DNA of 64,000 nt from a virus. Under the pieces are notes generated by a model. It saw nothing but the letters and a program-made list of their open reading frames with translations. It was not told where the DNA came from and did not search any database. The stretch spans positions 20,294 to 84,293 of the IMG/VR virus record IMGVR_UViG_2974694605_000001; one strand, 5' to 3'. Position 1 is the first letter of the stretch. Every line of letters begins with the position of its first letter. Shown piece after piece: positions 25,704 through 35,114 of this stretch. The position numbers and the translations under genes are program-made.

Positions 25704-26804
25704 ATGAGAAAGCTAAAAAATGAAGAAGTCGATAAAATAATTAAGGAACTGACCGATGATGAATATATTAGACTTGGTGAATATACAGGAACTCGTACTA
25801 AGATGTTAGTTAAACATAATACTTGTAAGAATGAGTATGAGGTAACTTGGGGTAATTTTAAAAAAGGAAAAAGATGTCCCAAATGTAATGGTGGAGTAGG
25901 ATTTAATAATAAAGAAATTGATAAAAGAATGTATGAATTAGTGAGCAGTGAGTATATTCGATTAGGAGAATACATTAATAGTGGAACAAAAATGTTAATT
26001 AGACACGCTCTCTGTGGAACAGAATATGGAGTGGTGTGGGATAGCTTCAAACAAGGAAAAAGATGTCCTAAATGTTTCAACAACAGTAAACTAAATAACT
26101 ATAAGGTTGATACAAAGATATTTCAATTAGTTGGTGACGAATATATCAGATTAGAAGATTATGTAAATAGTGAAACAAAAATGTTAGTCAGACATGAAAC
26201 ATGTAATCATCAATACAAAGTGTCTTGGAACGACTTTAGAAGAGATAGGCGATGTCCCAAATGTTTTGGTAATAAATTATATGGTAATGAAGAAATTGAT
26301 ATAAAAATTAAGAAATTATCTGGAAATGAATATACGAGATTAGGAGAGTATACTGGCTCTCACACTAAAATGTTAGTCAAACATAATCTTTGTGGAAATG
26401 AATATGAAGTAGCGTGGAATGATTTTTCTCATGGGTATAGATGTCCAAAATGCAAAGAGTCAAAAGGAGAAAGAAAAATATCAACGTTATTAAATTCACT
26501 CAATGTGAAACATATTTCTCAAAAACGATTCTCTGAATGTAAGTATAGACAGACTCTACCGTTTGACTTCTATGCTTATAATGAAAACTCAAAATTACTT
26601 ATTGAGTTTGATGGGATACAACATTTTAAATCAATTGATTTTTTTGGTGGAGCGGAAGCTCTTAGAGATACTCAACTCAGAGATAAAATCAAAAATGATT
26701 TCGCTCTTTCAAAGAATATTCCTTTATTAAGAATACCCTATACAGAACAAGACAATATTGAATCAATACTGACTAATAAACTTAAAGAATTAGATTTTAT
26801 TTAA
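25704..26804 (+). CDS. free-standing putative homing endonuclease: 4 Zn-ribbon repeats + PD-(D/E)XK-like nuclease
   Basis: four ~61-aa H-x2-C...CPKC repeats; C-terminal LPFDFY...LIEFDGIQHF. Confidence 0.8.
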   Translation: MRKLKNEEVDKIIKELTDDEYIRLGEYTGTRTKMLVKHNTCKNEYEVTWGNFKKGKRCPKCNGGVGFNNKEIDKRMYELVSSEYIRLGEYINSGTKMLIRHALCGTEYGVVWDSFKQGKRCPKCFNNSKLNNYKVDTKIFQLVGDEYIRLEDYVNSETKMLVRHETCNHQYKVSWNDFRRDRRCPKCFGNKLYGNEEIDIKIKKLSGNEYTRLGEYTGSHTKMLVKHNLCGNEYEVAWNDFSHGYRCPKCKESKGERKISTLLNSLNVKHISQKRFSECKYRQTLPFDFYAYNENSKLLIEFDGIQHFKSIDFFGGAEALRDTQLRDKIKNDFALSKNIPLLRIPYTEQDNIESILTNKLKELDFI

Positions 26805-26807
26805 TTC

Positions 26808-26836
26808 TTGACAAATTCAAATAAATATGTTATAAT
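26808..26836 (+). promoter_or_regulatory. sigma70-type promoter
   Basis: TTGACA-17-TATAAT. Confidence 0.85.
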
Positions 26837-26857
26837 ATTATATAGAAGGAGAATAAT

Positions 26858-27073
26858 ATGAATTTATTAGAACACTATATTGAGGAAATTGTTTTTGAAA
26901 AACCTTTCAAGGTTGACTGGACGCAACAACATAAAGATAAATTTATTAAAATTGAAATGATTGTAAATGTTTGTGGTAGGGTATTTAGCACACATAAAAT
27001 TTTTACAGTCGACAGATGGAAAGAAGTTTGGGAACAAGGCTTCTATATTGCCAATTACAAAGGAGGTGTGTAA
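26858..27073 (+). CDS. hypothetical protein
   Basis: AAGGAG RBS. Confidence 0.7.
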   Translation: MNLLEHYIEEIVFEKPFKVDWTQQHKDKFIKIEMIVNVCGRVFSTHKIFTVDRWKEVWEQGFYIANYKGGV

Positions 27074-27324
27074 TGACACTAGGTTCAGTAGATTTCAAAA
27101 TAAAAGATTTAGTCAAATCAGAATCAGATAACTTTGTTTTAGTTCAGCACGACAATCTATATCAAGTATTTGAAAAAGATAATGACAATCCATTCATCAT
27201 CTACGATGATAAAACAAAACAATTAAATTACCTAAACAAAAATGTTTATTCTGTTGACAATCAACATAAAGCTCGTGCTATATACGAGAAATTACAGATT
27301 ATCCAAAATAACAGAACGTTTTAG
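27073..27324 (+). CDS. hypothetical protein
   Basis: AGGAGG RBS before ATG 27073. Confidence 0.65.
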   Translation: MTLGSVDFKIKDLVKSESDNFVLVQHDNLYQVFEKDNDNPFIIYDDKTKQLNYLNKNVYSVDNQHKARAIYEKLQIIQNNRTF

Positions 27325-27360
27325 TTGACAAAATAAGACTATTATGGTATAATAGTCTTA
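27325..27360 (+). promoter_or_regulatory. promoter of nrdHIE with 10-bp inverted repeat over -10
   Basis: TTGACA-17-TATAAT; TAAGACTATT-N7-AATAGTCTTA. Confidence 0.85.
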
Positions 27361-27387
27361 TTGCTTTATATAGAAGGAGATATAAAA

Positions 27388-27627
27388 ATGGTTAAAGTAT
27401 ACAGTAAATACAATTGTAAAAATTGTAAACAAGTCAAACGCTTACTCAAATTCTCAGGAATTGATTATGTTGAGGTTAATGTTGAAGACGATGAGGAAGC
27501 TTTCAAATATGTTAAAGAAGCACTAGGGTTCTCTAATCTTCCAGTTATCGTAGCTGAGGATGTAGAACCATTTGAGTTCAATTCTATCAAAGTGAATGAA
27601 TTTGTTAAGAGTCATGCACATGGATAA
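27388..27627 (+). CDS. nrdH: NrdH-redoxin
   Basis: YSKYNCKNC...LPVIV; upstream of nrdI/nrdE. Confidence 0.88.
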   Translation: MVKVYSKYNCKNCKQVKRLLKFSGIDYVEVNVEDDEEAFKYVKEALGFSNLPVIVAEDVEPFEFNSIKVNEFVKSHAHG

Positions 27628-27991
27628 TATTTTAATTGCTTATAAATCATTAGGTGGCAACTGTGATAGAGTAATTAAAAAACTGGGTATCGAAGGATTT
27701 AAGATTGATGGAGATAACATCTACGACTTTAATGAGGATAGTAAATTTTATCTCTTGATTCCCACTTATGAGGAAGAGTGGATTGGAGATGCGTGGGATT
27801 TTATGGATGATTATCATGATAACTGCCTAGGTATCATAGGGTCAGGAAACTTTAACTTTGGAGATGACATGTTTATATTCACAGCGAACGACATGAGTAA
27901 AAAATATGATATTCCTGTAATCTATTCCATCGAGAATTTTGGAAACAAGAAAGACATCAATAACATTAAAGAGTTATTGCAAATAAATTAA
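27620..27991 (+). CDS. nrdI: NrdI flavodoxin
   Basis: YKSLGGNC, PTYE, GIIGSGNFNFG. Confidence 0.88.
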   Translation: MDNILIAYKSLGGNCDRVIKKLGIEGFKIDGDNIYDFNEDSKFYLLIPTYEEEWIGDAWDFMDDYHDNCLGIIGSGNFNFGDDMFIFTANDMSKKYDIPVIYSIENFGNKKDINNIKELLQIN

Positions 27992-28004
27992 TAGGAGGTT
28001 TCAC

Positions 28005-31000
28005 TTGACAGTCACAAAGATTGAAACAAAAAAATCAGTAACACCAGAGTATTTTACGCTCAACAACCAACTAAATATTATTAAAGATGGTAAAATTCAG
28101 TTGAACGCAGACAGAGAAGCTGTCCATAGTTATTTCATTGATTATGTAAATCCACACACAGTCTATTTTGGGGATTTAGAAGAAAAAATCAATTATTTAA
28201 TTAAAAATAAATACATTCAACCAGAGTTATTGGAGATGTATAATTTTAAATTCATTAAAAAATTATTCAAATATCTCTATGATTATAAGTTTAGATTTAA
28301 AACTTTCATGGGTGCATATAAATTCTACTCTCAATATGCAATGAAAACAACTGACAACAAATCAATTCTCGAACGGTATGAAGATAGGCTTGCATTTAAT
28401 GCACTATTCATGGGTGGTGGAGATAAAAAACTTGCTATGAATTTAGCAGAAGAACTAATCACTCAACGTTATGTTCCTGCTACACCAACTCTTTTAAATA
28501 TGGGTAAAGTACGTGCAGGAGAAATGGTTTCATGTTTCTTAATTAACGTTGATGATAATATGAACTCTATTGGACGGTCTGTAAACTCAGTACTTCAATT
28601 ATCTAAAGCTGGTGGTGGTGTTGGTCTGGGATTGACTGATATTCGTCCAGCAGGAGACCCAATCAAAGGTATCGAAGGTATGGCTGACGGTGTAGTGCCT
28701 ATTATGAAAATGTATGAAGATGCCTTATCTTATGCTAATCAATTGGGGGCAAGGCAGGGTGCCGGTGTGACATATTTGAATATCTTCCACAAAGATATCA
28801 TTAAATTCTTGTCCACCAAAAAAGAAAATGCTGACGAAAAAGTTCGTGTTAAAACACTCTCTCTTGGAGTTGTAGTTCCTGATAAATTCTATGAACTCAT
28901 TGCTAAAGGAGAGACAATGTATCTCTTTAGTCCATATGACATCAAAAAAGAATATGGTATTAATATGTCAGACATGGATATCACAGAAATGTATGATGAA
29001 TTAGTTGAAAATAAAAATATCAAGAAAGATAAAATCTTTGCTCGTGACCTTGAAGAAGAAATGTCTAAACTTATTCAAGAGTCAGGATATCCATATATTA
29101 TTAACATTGATACAGCGAACGCTGAAAACTCAGTTCATGGTCGTATTAAAATGAGTAATTTGTGTTAATAGTTAGCACCTTTACAAAGAAATTTGTATCG
29201 AAAATCCAGTGAAACAGGGGAACTCTCATGTAGACAATCCTGTGCTAAATAAAATATAATTAAATTGGTATAAAAATGAAAGGGGGATAGAAATGAAAGA
29301 AAAATTTGGATTTGTATATATAACAACGTGTAATGTAAATGGTAAAAATTATATTGGCAAATGTCAATATAATAGAAAAAACGATTGGAAAAAATATCTA
29401 GGTTCTGGCATCGAATTAAAAGAAGATATTAAAAAGTATGGAAAAGAAAACTTCACACGTAAAATTCTAGAAGAATCAGACAATGATAGTGATTTACAGA
29501 ATCTAGAAGAATACTATATCAAAAAATATAATGCAGTAGAATCAAAAGAATTTTATAATTTAAAACCAAGCTCAATCGGTGGTGATACATTTAATTATAC
29601 AAAGAACCAAGAAGAGACGAGACGAAAGAAGTCTGAAAACGCTCTTGGGAAAAATAATGGAATGTATAATAGAGAGAAAACTAATGTTTTTTTGAATAGC
29701 ATATCAGATTCTAATTCTAAAGGTGTTATTATTGATGGTATATATTTTAAAAATGTAAGGTGTGTTTTAGAATATTTTAAGATAGACTATAATGAATTTA
29801 GAAGAGTTTCGTTTAAAAATTCACATGAAATAGTCTTTCCAAATAAATCAACATTAAAAAGAAATTCCACTTTTGGTGCTAAAATTTCTGTGAATGGTAT
29901 AGTTTATAGAAATAAAAAAGAAGCATGTAAAGAGTTGCATATGAATAATCAAACAATAAATAAATTTCTAAATGATACCAATAATTTAGAATATCAATAT
30001 CTTTAATTATATTTTTAAATGCCGAACGACTAGAGAAATCAGATAAATCAAGAGATTGATTTTGAATAAGAGAGTATCGTAAGCCACAAATGTGGTTGAA
30101 GCGCTGGAAATCTAAATCTCTCAATAAAGAGAGACATGATTATGATATAGTCTGTTCTGTATGGCGACATGCAGATGTTTACTAAGCTTGTATGTAAACT
30201 GCTAGAGATTAATGACCTCTAGTGAACACAAAGTCTGAAATTTTGCAAGTTCAAACACCATCTGAAATCAATGCAGACCAAACATTTGCACATCTAGGTA
30301 CTGACATTTCATGTAACTTAGGTTCAACTAACGTTGTAAATCTAATGGCATCACCTGACTTTGGTAAATCAGTAAACACTATGATTCGTGCATTGACTTA
30401 TGTTACTTCAACATCTTCTATTGATGAAGTTCCAACTATCAAGAATGCAAATGATAAGTATCATTCTGTGGGACTCGGTGCAATGAGTTTGAATGCTTAT
30501 CTTGCTAAAAATCAAATGTTCTATGGTTCACCAGAATCTATTGAATTTACTGGTATTTATTTCCAACTTTTGCGTTTCTATGCTTTAAAAGCATCATCTG
30601 AAATCGCAAAAGAAAAGAAACAAAAATTCTATGAATTTGAAAAATCAGAATATGCAAATGGTATATTCTTTGAACGATACATGCCACGTGTTAAATTTGA
30701 AGAAGACCTCTCTGATAAAGTAAAAGAATTATTTGAAGGTGTTCATATTCCAACAAAAGAAGAATGGAATGGGCTACAACAATCTATTGAAACAAATGGT
30801 TTGTATCATAGCTATCTTCTCGCTGTAGCTCCTACTGGAAGTATTTCTTATGTAAATGAAGCTACAGCATCTATTCACCCAATTGTACAAAAGATTGAGA
30901 AACGCTCAGAAGGTAAACGTGGTGATGTGTTCTATCCAGCACCTTATCTTGCAGAAGGTCTTCCCTACTACGAATCAGCTTATAACATTGACCAACGTAG

Positions 31001-31262
31001 AGTTATTGACATCTATGCCGAAGCTCAAAAGCACGTTGACCAATCTCTATCTATGACTTTGTTCATGAATGCAGACCACGGAAAAGATTTGTATGAGTGG
31101 AAAATAGGAAGCAAAGGAGAAGATTCATTCACTACTCGTGACATTAATATTCTTCGAAATTATGCTTGGTCAAAAAAAATAAAATCAATTTACTATGTTC
31201 GTACTTACCGCTCAGACGGTGAAGTAAGTTCAGTAAATGAATGCGAATCATGCTCAATTTAG
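28005..31262 (+). CDS. nrdE: class Ib RNR large subunit, join(28005..29165,30234..31262)
   Basis: PATPT, SCFL, GGGVG, GARQGAG, MSNLC|SEILQ, AVAPTGSIS, YYVRT, C-terminal CESC; 729 aa after splicing. Confidence 0.95.
29166..30233 (+). mobile_element. group I intron in nrdE carrying a GIY-YIG endonuclease
   Basis: follows TGT, ends in G; P7 AACGACTAG (30025) / GATATAGTCTG (30144); splicing restores NLCSEI. Confidence 0.92.
29293..30006 (+). CDS. intron-encoded GIY-YIG homing endonuclease
   Basis: GFVYITTCNVNGKNYIGK, YLGSG, E...I, FYNL; C-terminal NUMOD-like repeats. Confidence 0.88.
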   Translation: MKEKFGFVYITTCNVNGKNYIGKCQYNRKNDWKKYLGSGIELKEDIKKYGKENFTRKILEESDNDSDLQNLEEYYIKKYNAVESKEFYNLKPSSIGGDTFNYTKNQEETRRKKSENALGKNNGMYNREKTNVFLNSISDSNSKGVIIDGIYFKNVRCVLEYFKIDYNEFRRVSFKNSHEIVFPNKSTLKRNSTFGAKISVNGIVYRNKKEACKELHMNNQTINKFLNDTNNLEYQYL

Positions 31263-31274
31263 AAAGAGGTTTAT

Positions 31275-31685
31275 ATGCCTAATAAATTAAATGTAGAAGA
31301 TAAAAGTTTTGAAGATAAATGGTTTATCTTTGATACATATCATGAAATCAGCAAGTGTGTTTATTACAATAAAGAATTAAACAATCTAATGACATTCTAC
31401 TCGGAAACAGAAGAAACACCCGTTGACGTCATTAACTGGGTAGATAATAAAGATAGATTGTTAGAAACTTTAGATATTCTTGAAACAAATAAAAATACGG
31501 TTGTTAGTTTCTTTAGAGTAGAAGGAACTACGTCCGATATCACAATTCTTGAAACAACAAAAGATGTGATTGATACGCTCAAAAGAAAAACAATGAGTGG
31601 CATCAACAAACACATTAATGATGTGATTTACAAAAAAGATAAAAAACTTTTGTATAAGAAATTTGCAATAGTTAAAGATTTGTAA
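31275..31685 (+). CDS. hypothetical protein
   Basis: GAGG RBS. Confidence 0.65.
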   Translation: MPNKLNVEDKSFEDKWFIFDTYHEISKCVYYNKELNNLMTFYSETEETPVDVINWVDNKDRLLETLDILETNKNTVVSFFRVEGTTSDITILETTKDVIDTLKRKTMSGINKHINDVIYKKDKKLLYKKFAIVKDL

Positions 31686-31694
31686 TATAAATTT

Positions 31695-31736
31695 AAAAAA
31701 CTATCTCTTGATTGGGGTAGTTTTTTGTGTTATAAT
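31695..31736 (+). promoter_or_regulatory. overlapping terminator hairpin and promoter
   Basis: stem AAAAAACTATCTC/GGGGTAGTTTTTT whose loop is exactly TTGATT; TATAAT at 31731. Confidence 0.75.
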
Positions 31737-31766
31737 TATATTAATATGAAATGAAAGAGATAAGTT

Positions 31767-32888
31767 ATGGGTAGAAAAAGATTAACAACGGAAGAAGTAA
31801 AGGGAAGAATCGAAGACTTAACAGGTAATGAATACTTGCTACTTGGAAATTATGCTAATGCAAAAACTAAAATGCTAGTTAAACACATTCTCTGCCAAAA
31901 CGAATACAAGGTAACGTGGAAAGATTTTCAACAGGGCACTAGATGTCCTAAATGTTCTAGTAAAGAAAAATTAAATAATGAAGAAATTGATAAGAGAATG
32001 CATGAATTAATAGGAGGCGAATATGTTCGAATTGGCGAATATATTAATAGTGGAACTAAAATGTTAGTAAAACACAATCTCTGTGAAAATACATATGAAG
32101 TAAGATGGAATAGTTTCCAACAAGGTGCAAGATGTCCTAAATGTTTTGGATTAGAAAAATTAAATAATGAAGAAATTGACAAAGTAATGTTTGAATTAGC
32201 AGGAAACGAATATATTCGAATAAGTAGATACCTGAATGCCAAAACTAAAATTTCAATCAAACATAATGTTTGCGGATATACATATGATGTTAAATGGAAT
32301 GATTTTCATCAAGGTAGCAGATGTTCAAAATGTAGAGATTTTAGATTGAGAGAATTATTTATTTTGGATAATCAAGAAATTGATAAAAGAATGAAAGAAT
32401 TAGTAGGCAATGAGTATGTTCGATTAGGAGAATATAAGGGCACAAAAACTAAAATGTTAATCAAACATAATGTCTGCCAAAATGAATATGAGGTTAAATG
32501 GAATAGTTTTCATCAAGGTAGTAGATGTCCAAAATGTAACGAATCAAAAGGAGAGAAAACAATCTCAGACATCTTAAACTCTTTAGGTATTAAATACACT
32601 TCACAAAAAAGATTCCCTGAATGTAAATATAAAAATCCGTTACCATTTGACTTCCACATTCATAATAAAAAATCTAAACTTTTAATTGAGTTTGATGGAA
32701 AACAACACTTTGAATCAATAGAATATTTTGGAGGAGATAATGTTTTAAGAGATACTCAACTCAGAGATAAAATAAAAAATGACTTCGCTAAAGAAAAGAA
32801 TATTCCTTTACTTAGAATACCTTACACAGATTTTGAAAACATCGAACAAATTTTAACAGATAAACTAAAAGAATTAGATTTTATTTAA
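31767..32888 (+). CDS. free-standing putative homing endonuclease, paralog of 25704..26804
   Basis: four H-x2-C...CxKC repeats; LPFDFH...LIEFDGKQHF. Confidence 0.8.
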   Translation: MGRKRLTTEEVKGRIEDLTGNEYLLLGNYANAKTKMLVKHILCQNEYKVTWKDFQQGTRCPKCSSKEKLNNEEIDKRMHELIGGEYVRIGEYINSGTKMLVKHNLCENTYEVRWNSFQQGARCPKCFGLEKLNNEEIDKVMFELAGNEYIRISRYLNAKTKISIKHNVCGYTYDVKWNDFHQGSRCSKCRDFRLRELFILDNQEIDKRMKELVGNEYVRLGEYKGTKTKMLIKHNVCQNEYEVKWNSFHQGSRCPKCNESKGEKTISDILNSLGIKYTSQKRFPECKYKNPLPFDFHIHNKKSKLLIEFDGKQHFESIEYFGGDNVLRDTQLRDKIKNDFAKEKNIPLLRIPYTDFENIEQILTDKLKELDFI

Positions 32889-32891
32889 TTC

Positions 32892-32920
32892 TTGACTATT
32901 TTAAATAAATATGGTATAAT
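32892..32920 (+). promoter_or_regulatory. sigma70-type promoter
   Basis: TTGACT-17-TATAAT. Confidence 0.8.
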
Positions 32921-32951
32921 ATATAATATAAACATAAGGAGATAAATTTAT

Positions 32952-33699
32952 ATGTATAATGATGAATTTTGGGATTTCTCAGTACCCTACGAACAAGAAT
33001 ATGTTGAGTTTTTCAATAACTTAAAAAATTCTGTCAAAGAAGGTATCAAACAGGAACTTGAAGGTTTAAAAGATGAAAATAGTAGGTTACAAAAGATTGT
33101 TGATGGAATCCAAGAAAAGGAAGCAAATATTAATCATAGAGAACGAGATTTGCAAACTGCCATTGAAGTTTCAGCTCAATCTGCTAAAAGCCTAGCTTTA
33201 AAAGAGTTGCTTGAACCACTCGAAGATATCTACTGGGATATTACATATAAACATGAATTAATGCCTCAATGTGATAAGTGTGACAGATATCGTAGACGAG
33301 AATATATTACACCTATGGGTCGAGTGGCTTATGAAAGCTGTTCTTGCGATATTGGAAAGAATGTTTATTTTCCTCAAGAAATGACTCTATACAAAATATA
33401 CAAAAAAAGATAAACAACTAAACGGATATTACACTATGAATACAAGAGGTGGAAGTGAAGAACTTGCTTATTATGGTGGAAGTGATGATGGAAGTTTTGA
33501 AACTAAAACTCCTAATAATTTTTTAATGTCTAAAGAAGAAGACTTTAAAAACTATTCTCGTTTCAATTCTGTATTTGCTACAAAAGAACTTTGTGAAAAA
33601 TATTGTGAAAAACTTCAAAAAGAAGAAGATATTAAACTTCAAAAAAGATTAGAAGATACACTTGAAGACTTAAGTTCACAAGCACCCGTGGAAATTTAA
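32952..33699 (+). pseudogene. hypothetical coiled-coil/Zn protein split by apparent +1 frameshift
   Basis: ORFs 32952..33413 and 33436..33699 fuse if the A7 run at 33402-33408 loses one A (YKK-DKQLNGYYT-MNTRGG). Confidence 0.55.
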
Positions 33700-33728
33700 A
33701 TAAAAATATTATTAGAAGAGGTTATAAA

Positions 33729-33836
33729 TTGAATTGTTACTTATGTGGTAAAGAAATTCCAGAAGAAGAAATTCTCGAAGGAGAGAAATATCAAATTTGT
33801 TACGAGTGTGAACTCAGAGAGGAATATGGAATCTAA
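33729..33836 (+). CDS. 35-aa Zn-finger peptide
   Basis: GAGG RBS, TTG start; CYLC...CYEC. Confidence 0.45.
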   Translation: MNCYLCGKEIPEEEILEGEKYQICYECELREEYGI

Positions 33837-33906
33837 TGGAATTAAATGAGTTCTTAGATATTCTTAAAGATATTGGTCAGAAGTTAAAAGAGAGTGAGGA
33901 AGAATA

Positions 33907-34053
33907 ATGCGAATAACTATGTGTGAGTTCTGCAATAAACTTACACTCAATAAACTAGATTACATCGAAACGAATCCATATCTTCATATTTCTGAATTTT
34001 GTTATGTGTGTGAAGAGTGTGGAAAAATTAAACATAGAGGAATAGAAATATGA
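33907..34053 (+). CDS. 48-aa Zn-finger peptide
   Basis: GAGG RBS; CEFC...CEEC. Confidence 0.45.
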   Translation: MRITMCEFCNKLTLNKLDYIETNPYLHISEFCYVCEECGKIKHRGIEI

Positions 34054-34271
34054 AATTTAAAGCAAAACCAAAAAAAGAGTTAACAAAAGAAACGGTTGAT
34101 GAAGATTTATGGTATTTTTTTAAAGAACACGTTGACGATGAAGGATACATCTATGGGTGGTATGTTGATGGGTATATTGTAGGTGGGATGGTTGAAGCAA
34201 ATGATGAATACTGTTCACTTCAATATTGGGCGCCAGTTATTAAAGACACATTAGTGTTAGTAGAGGAATAA
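34050..34271 (+). CDS. YopX-like small phage protein
   Basis: MKFKAKP...IYGWYVDGYIVG. Confidence 0.6.
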   Translation: MKFKAKPKKELTKETVDEDLWYFFKEHVDDEGYIYGWYVDGYIVGGMVEANDEYCSLQYWAPVIKDTLVLVEE

Positions 34272-34272
34272 T

Positions 34273-34668
34273 ATGTTTGAACTGATTGGACTTCCAACAG
34301 AATGGATTTACTCTTCATCAATGTGTTTTATGCCAGATGGAGTGACACTTGAACAGCGTGAACATTATCATTATTATGATGATACAGAACTCCTTGCGGA
34401 AGATGAAGAAGAAATTGTTATGCGTGGAATTTGTGGAAAAGGACTAGCATTAAATTGGAGTATGGCAACTCTTGATAGAAACATTGCACATTTAGATTAT
34501 CCTGTTCTATTCTGTAAGGATTGCATTGAAGTTATGAATCACAGAAAAGAAAGTACTCTTGCTGAGTTATCGTACTTAAACATTTATGCAGAAAATCCAA
34601 ATGAATATATTCTTCAAGCTCTCGAAGATGAAATGGAGTTCTATCAACCAACGAAAGATTATAAATAG
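34273..34668 (+). CDS. hypothetical protein
   Basis: GAGG RBS. Confidence 0.65.
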   Translation: MFELIGLPTEWIYSSSMCFMPDGVTLEQREHYHYYDDTELLAEDEEEIVMRGICGKGLALNWSMATLDRNIAHLDYPVLFCKDCIEVMNHRKESTLAELSYLNIYAENPNEYILQALEDEMEFYQPTKDYK

Positions 34669-34678
34669 GAGAAGATAA

Positions 34679-35035
34679 ATGGAACTAGAAAACGTAACAC
34701 TCAAACAATTACAAAACAAAGAGGTTGTTCCTTTACGTGAGCAGGCTTTGGAATATTTTAGAGATTTAGAAAAATCCAAAAGGAAATTACGTCAAGACGG
34801 ACAAACTTACTATGATGTTCTAACAACACCTGAATACTTTACCGCAGAAGTTGCTATAGTATTTTCTAATGATGAAGAGGTTGGTTTAGCACGTAAACAA
34901 ATCTATTCACAATTAATGTACTTTGCAGATAATGATATTGTATTCGCTAGTCAATTATTTTATAAATTGACATATGGTAAGATTAATTTTGTTAGTTTTG
35001 ATAAAGAATTTACTTTAGAAGATGAGGAAAAATAA
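34679..35035 (+). CDS. hypothetical protein
   Basis: AGGAG RBS. Confidence 0.7.
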   Translation: MELENVTLKQLQNKEVVPLREQALEYFRDLEKSKRKLRQDGQTYYDVLTTPEYFTAEVAIVFSNDEEVGLARKQIYSQLMYFADNDIVFASQLFYKLTYGKINFVSFDKEFTLEDEEK

Positions 35036-35056
35036 TTAAAGATTATATTTGAAAAT

Positions 35057-35092
35057 AATCCTCTTGACAAACAAGGGGATTTGTGTTATAAT
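35057..35092 (+). promoter_or_regulatory. promoter of nrdF with hairpin overlapping -35
   Basis: TTGACA (35064)-17-TATAAT; AATCCTCTTG/CAAGGGGATT. Confidence 0.8.
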
Positions 35093-35114
35093 ATAATAAT
35101 GAAGGAGGACTATA

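Noticed and set aside
21154-27360. NrdR boxes at nrd promoters
   Set aside because: No convincing match to the acaCwAtATaTwGtg-type consensus seen by eye
25704-32888. Internal ~183-bp repeats as a DNA-level repeat element
   Set aside because: Explained by protein domain repeats with synonymous divergence
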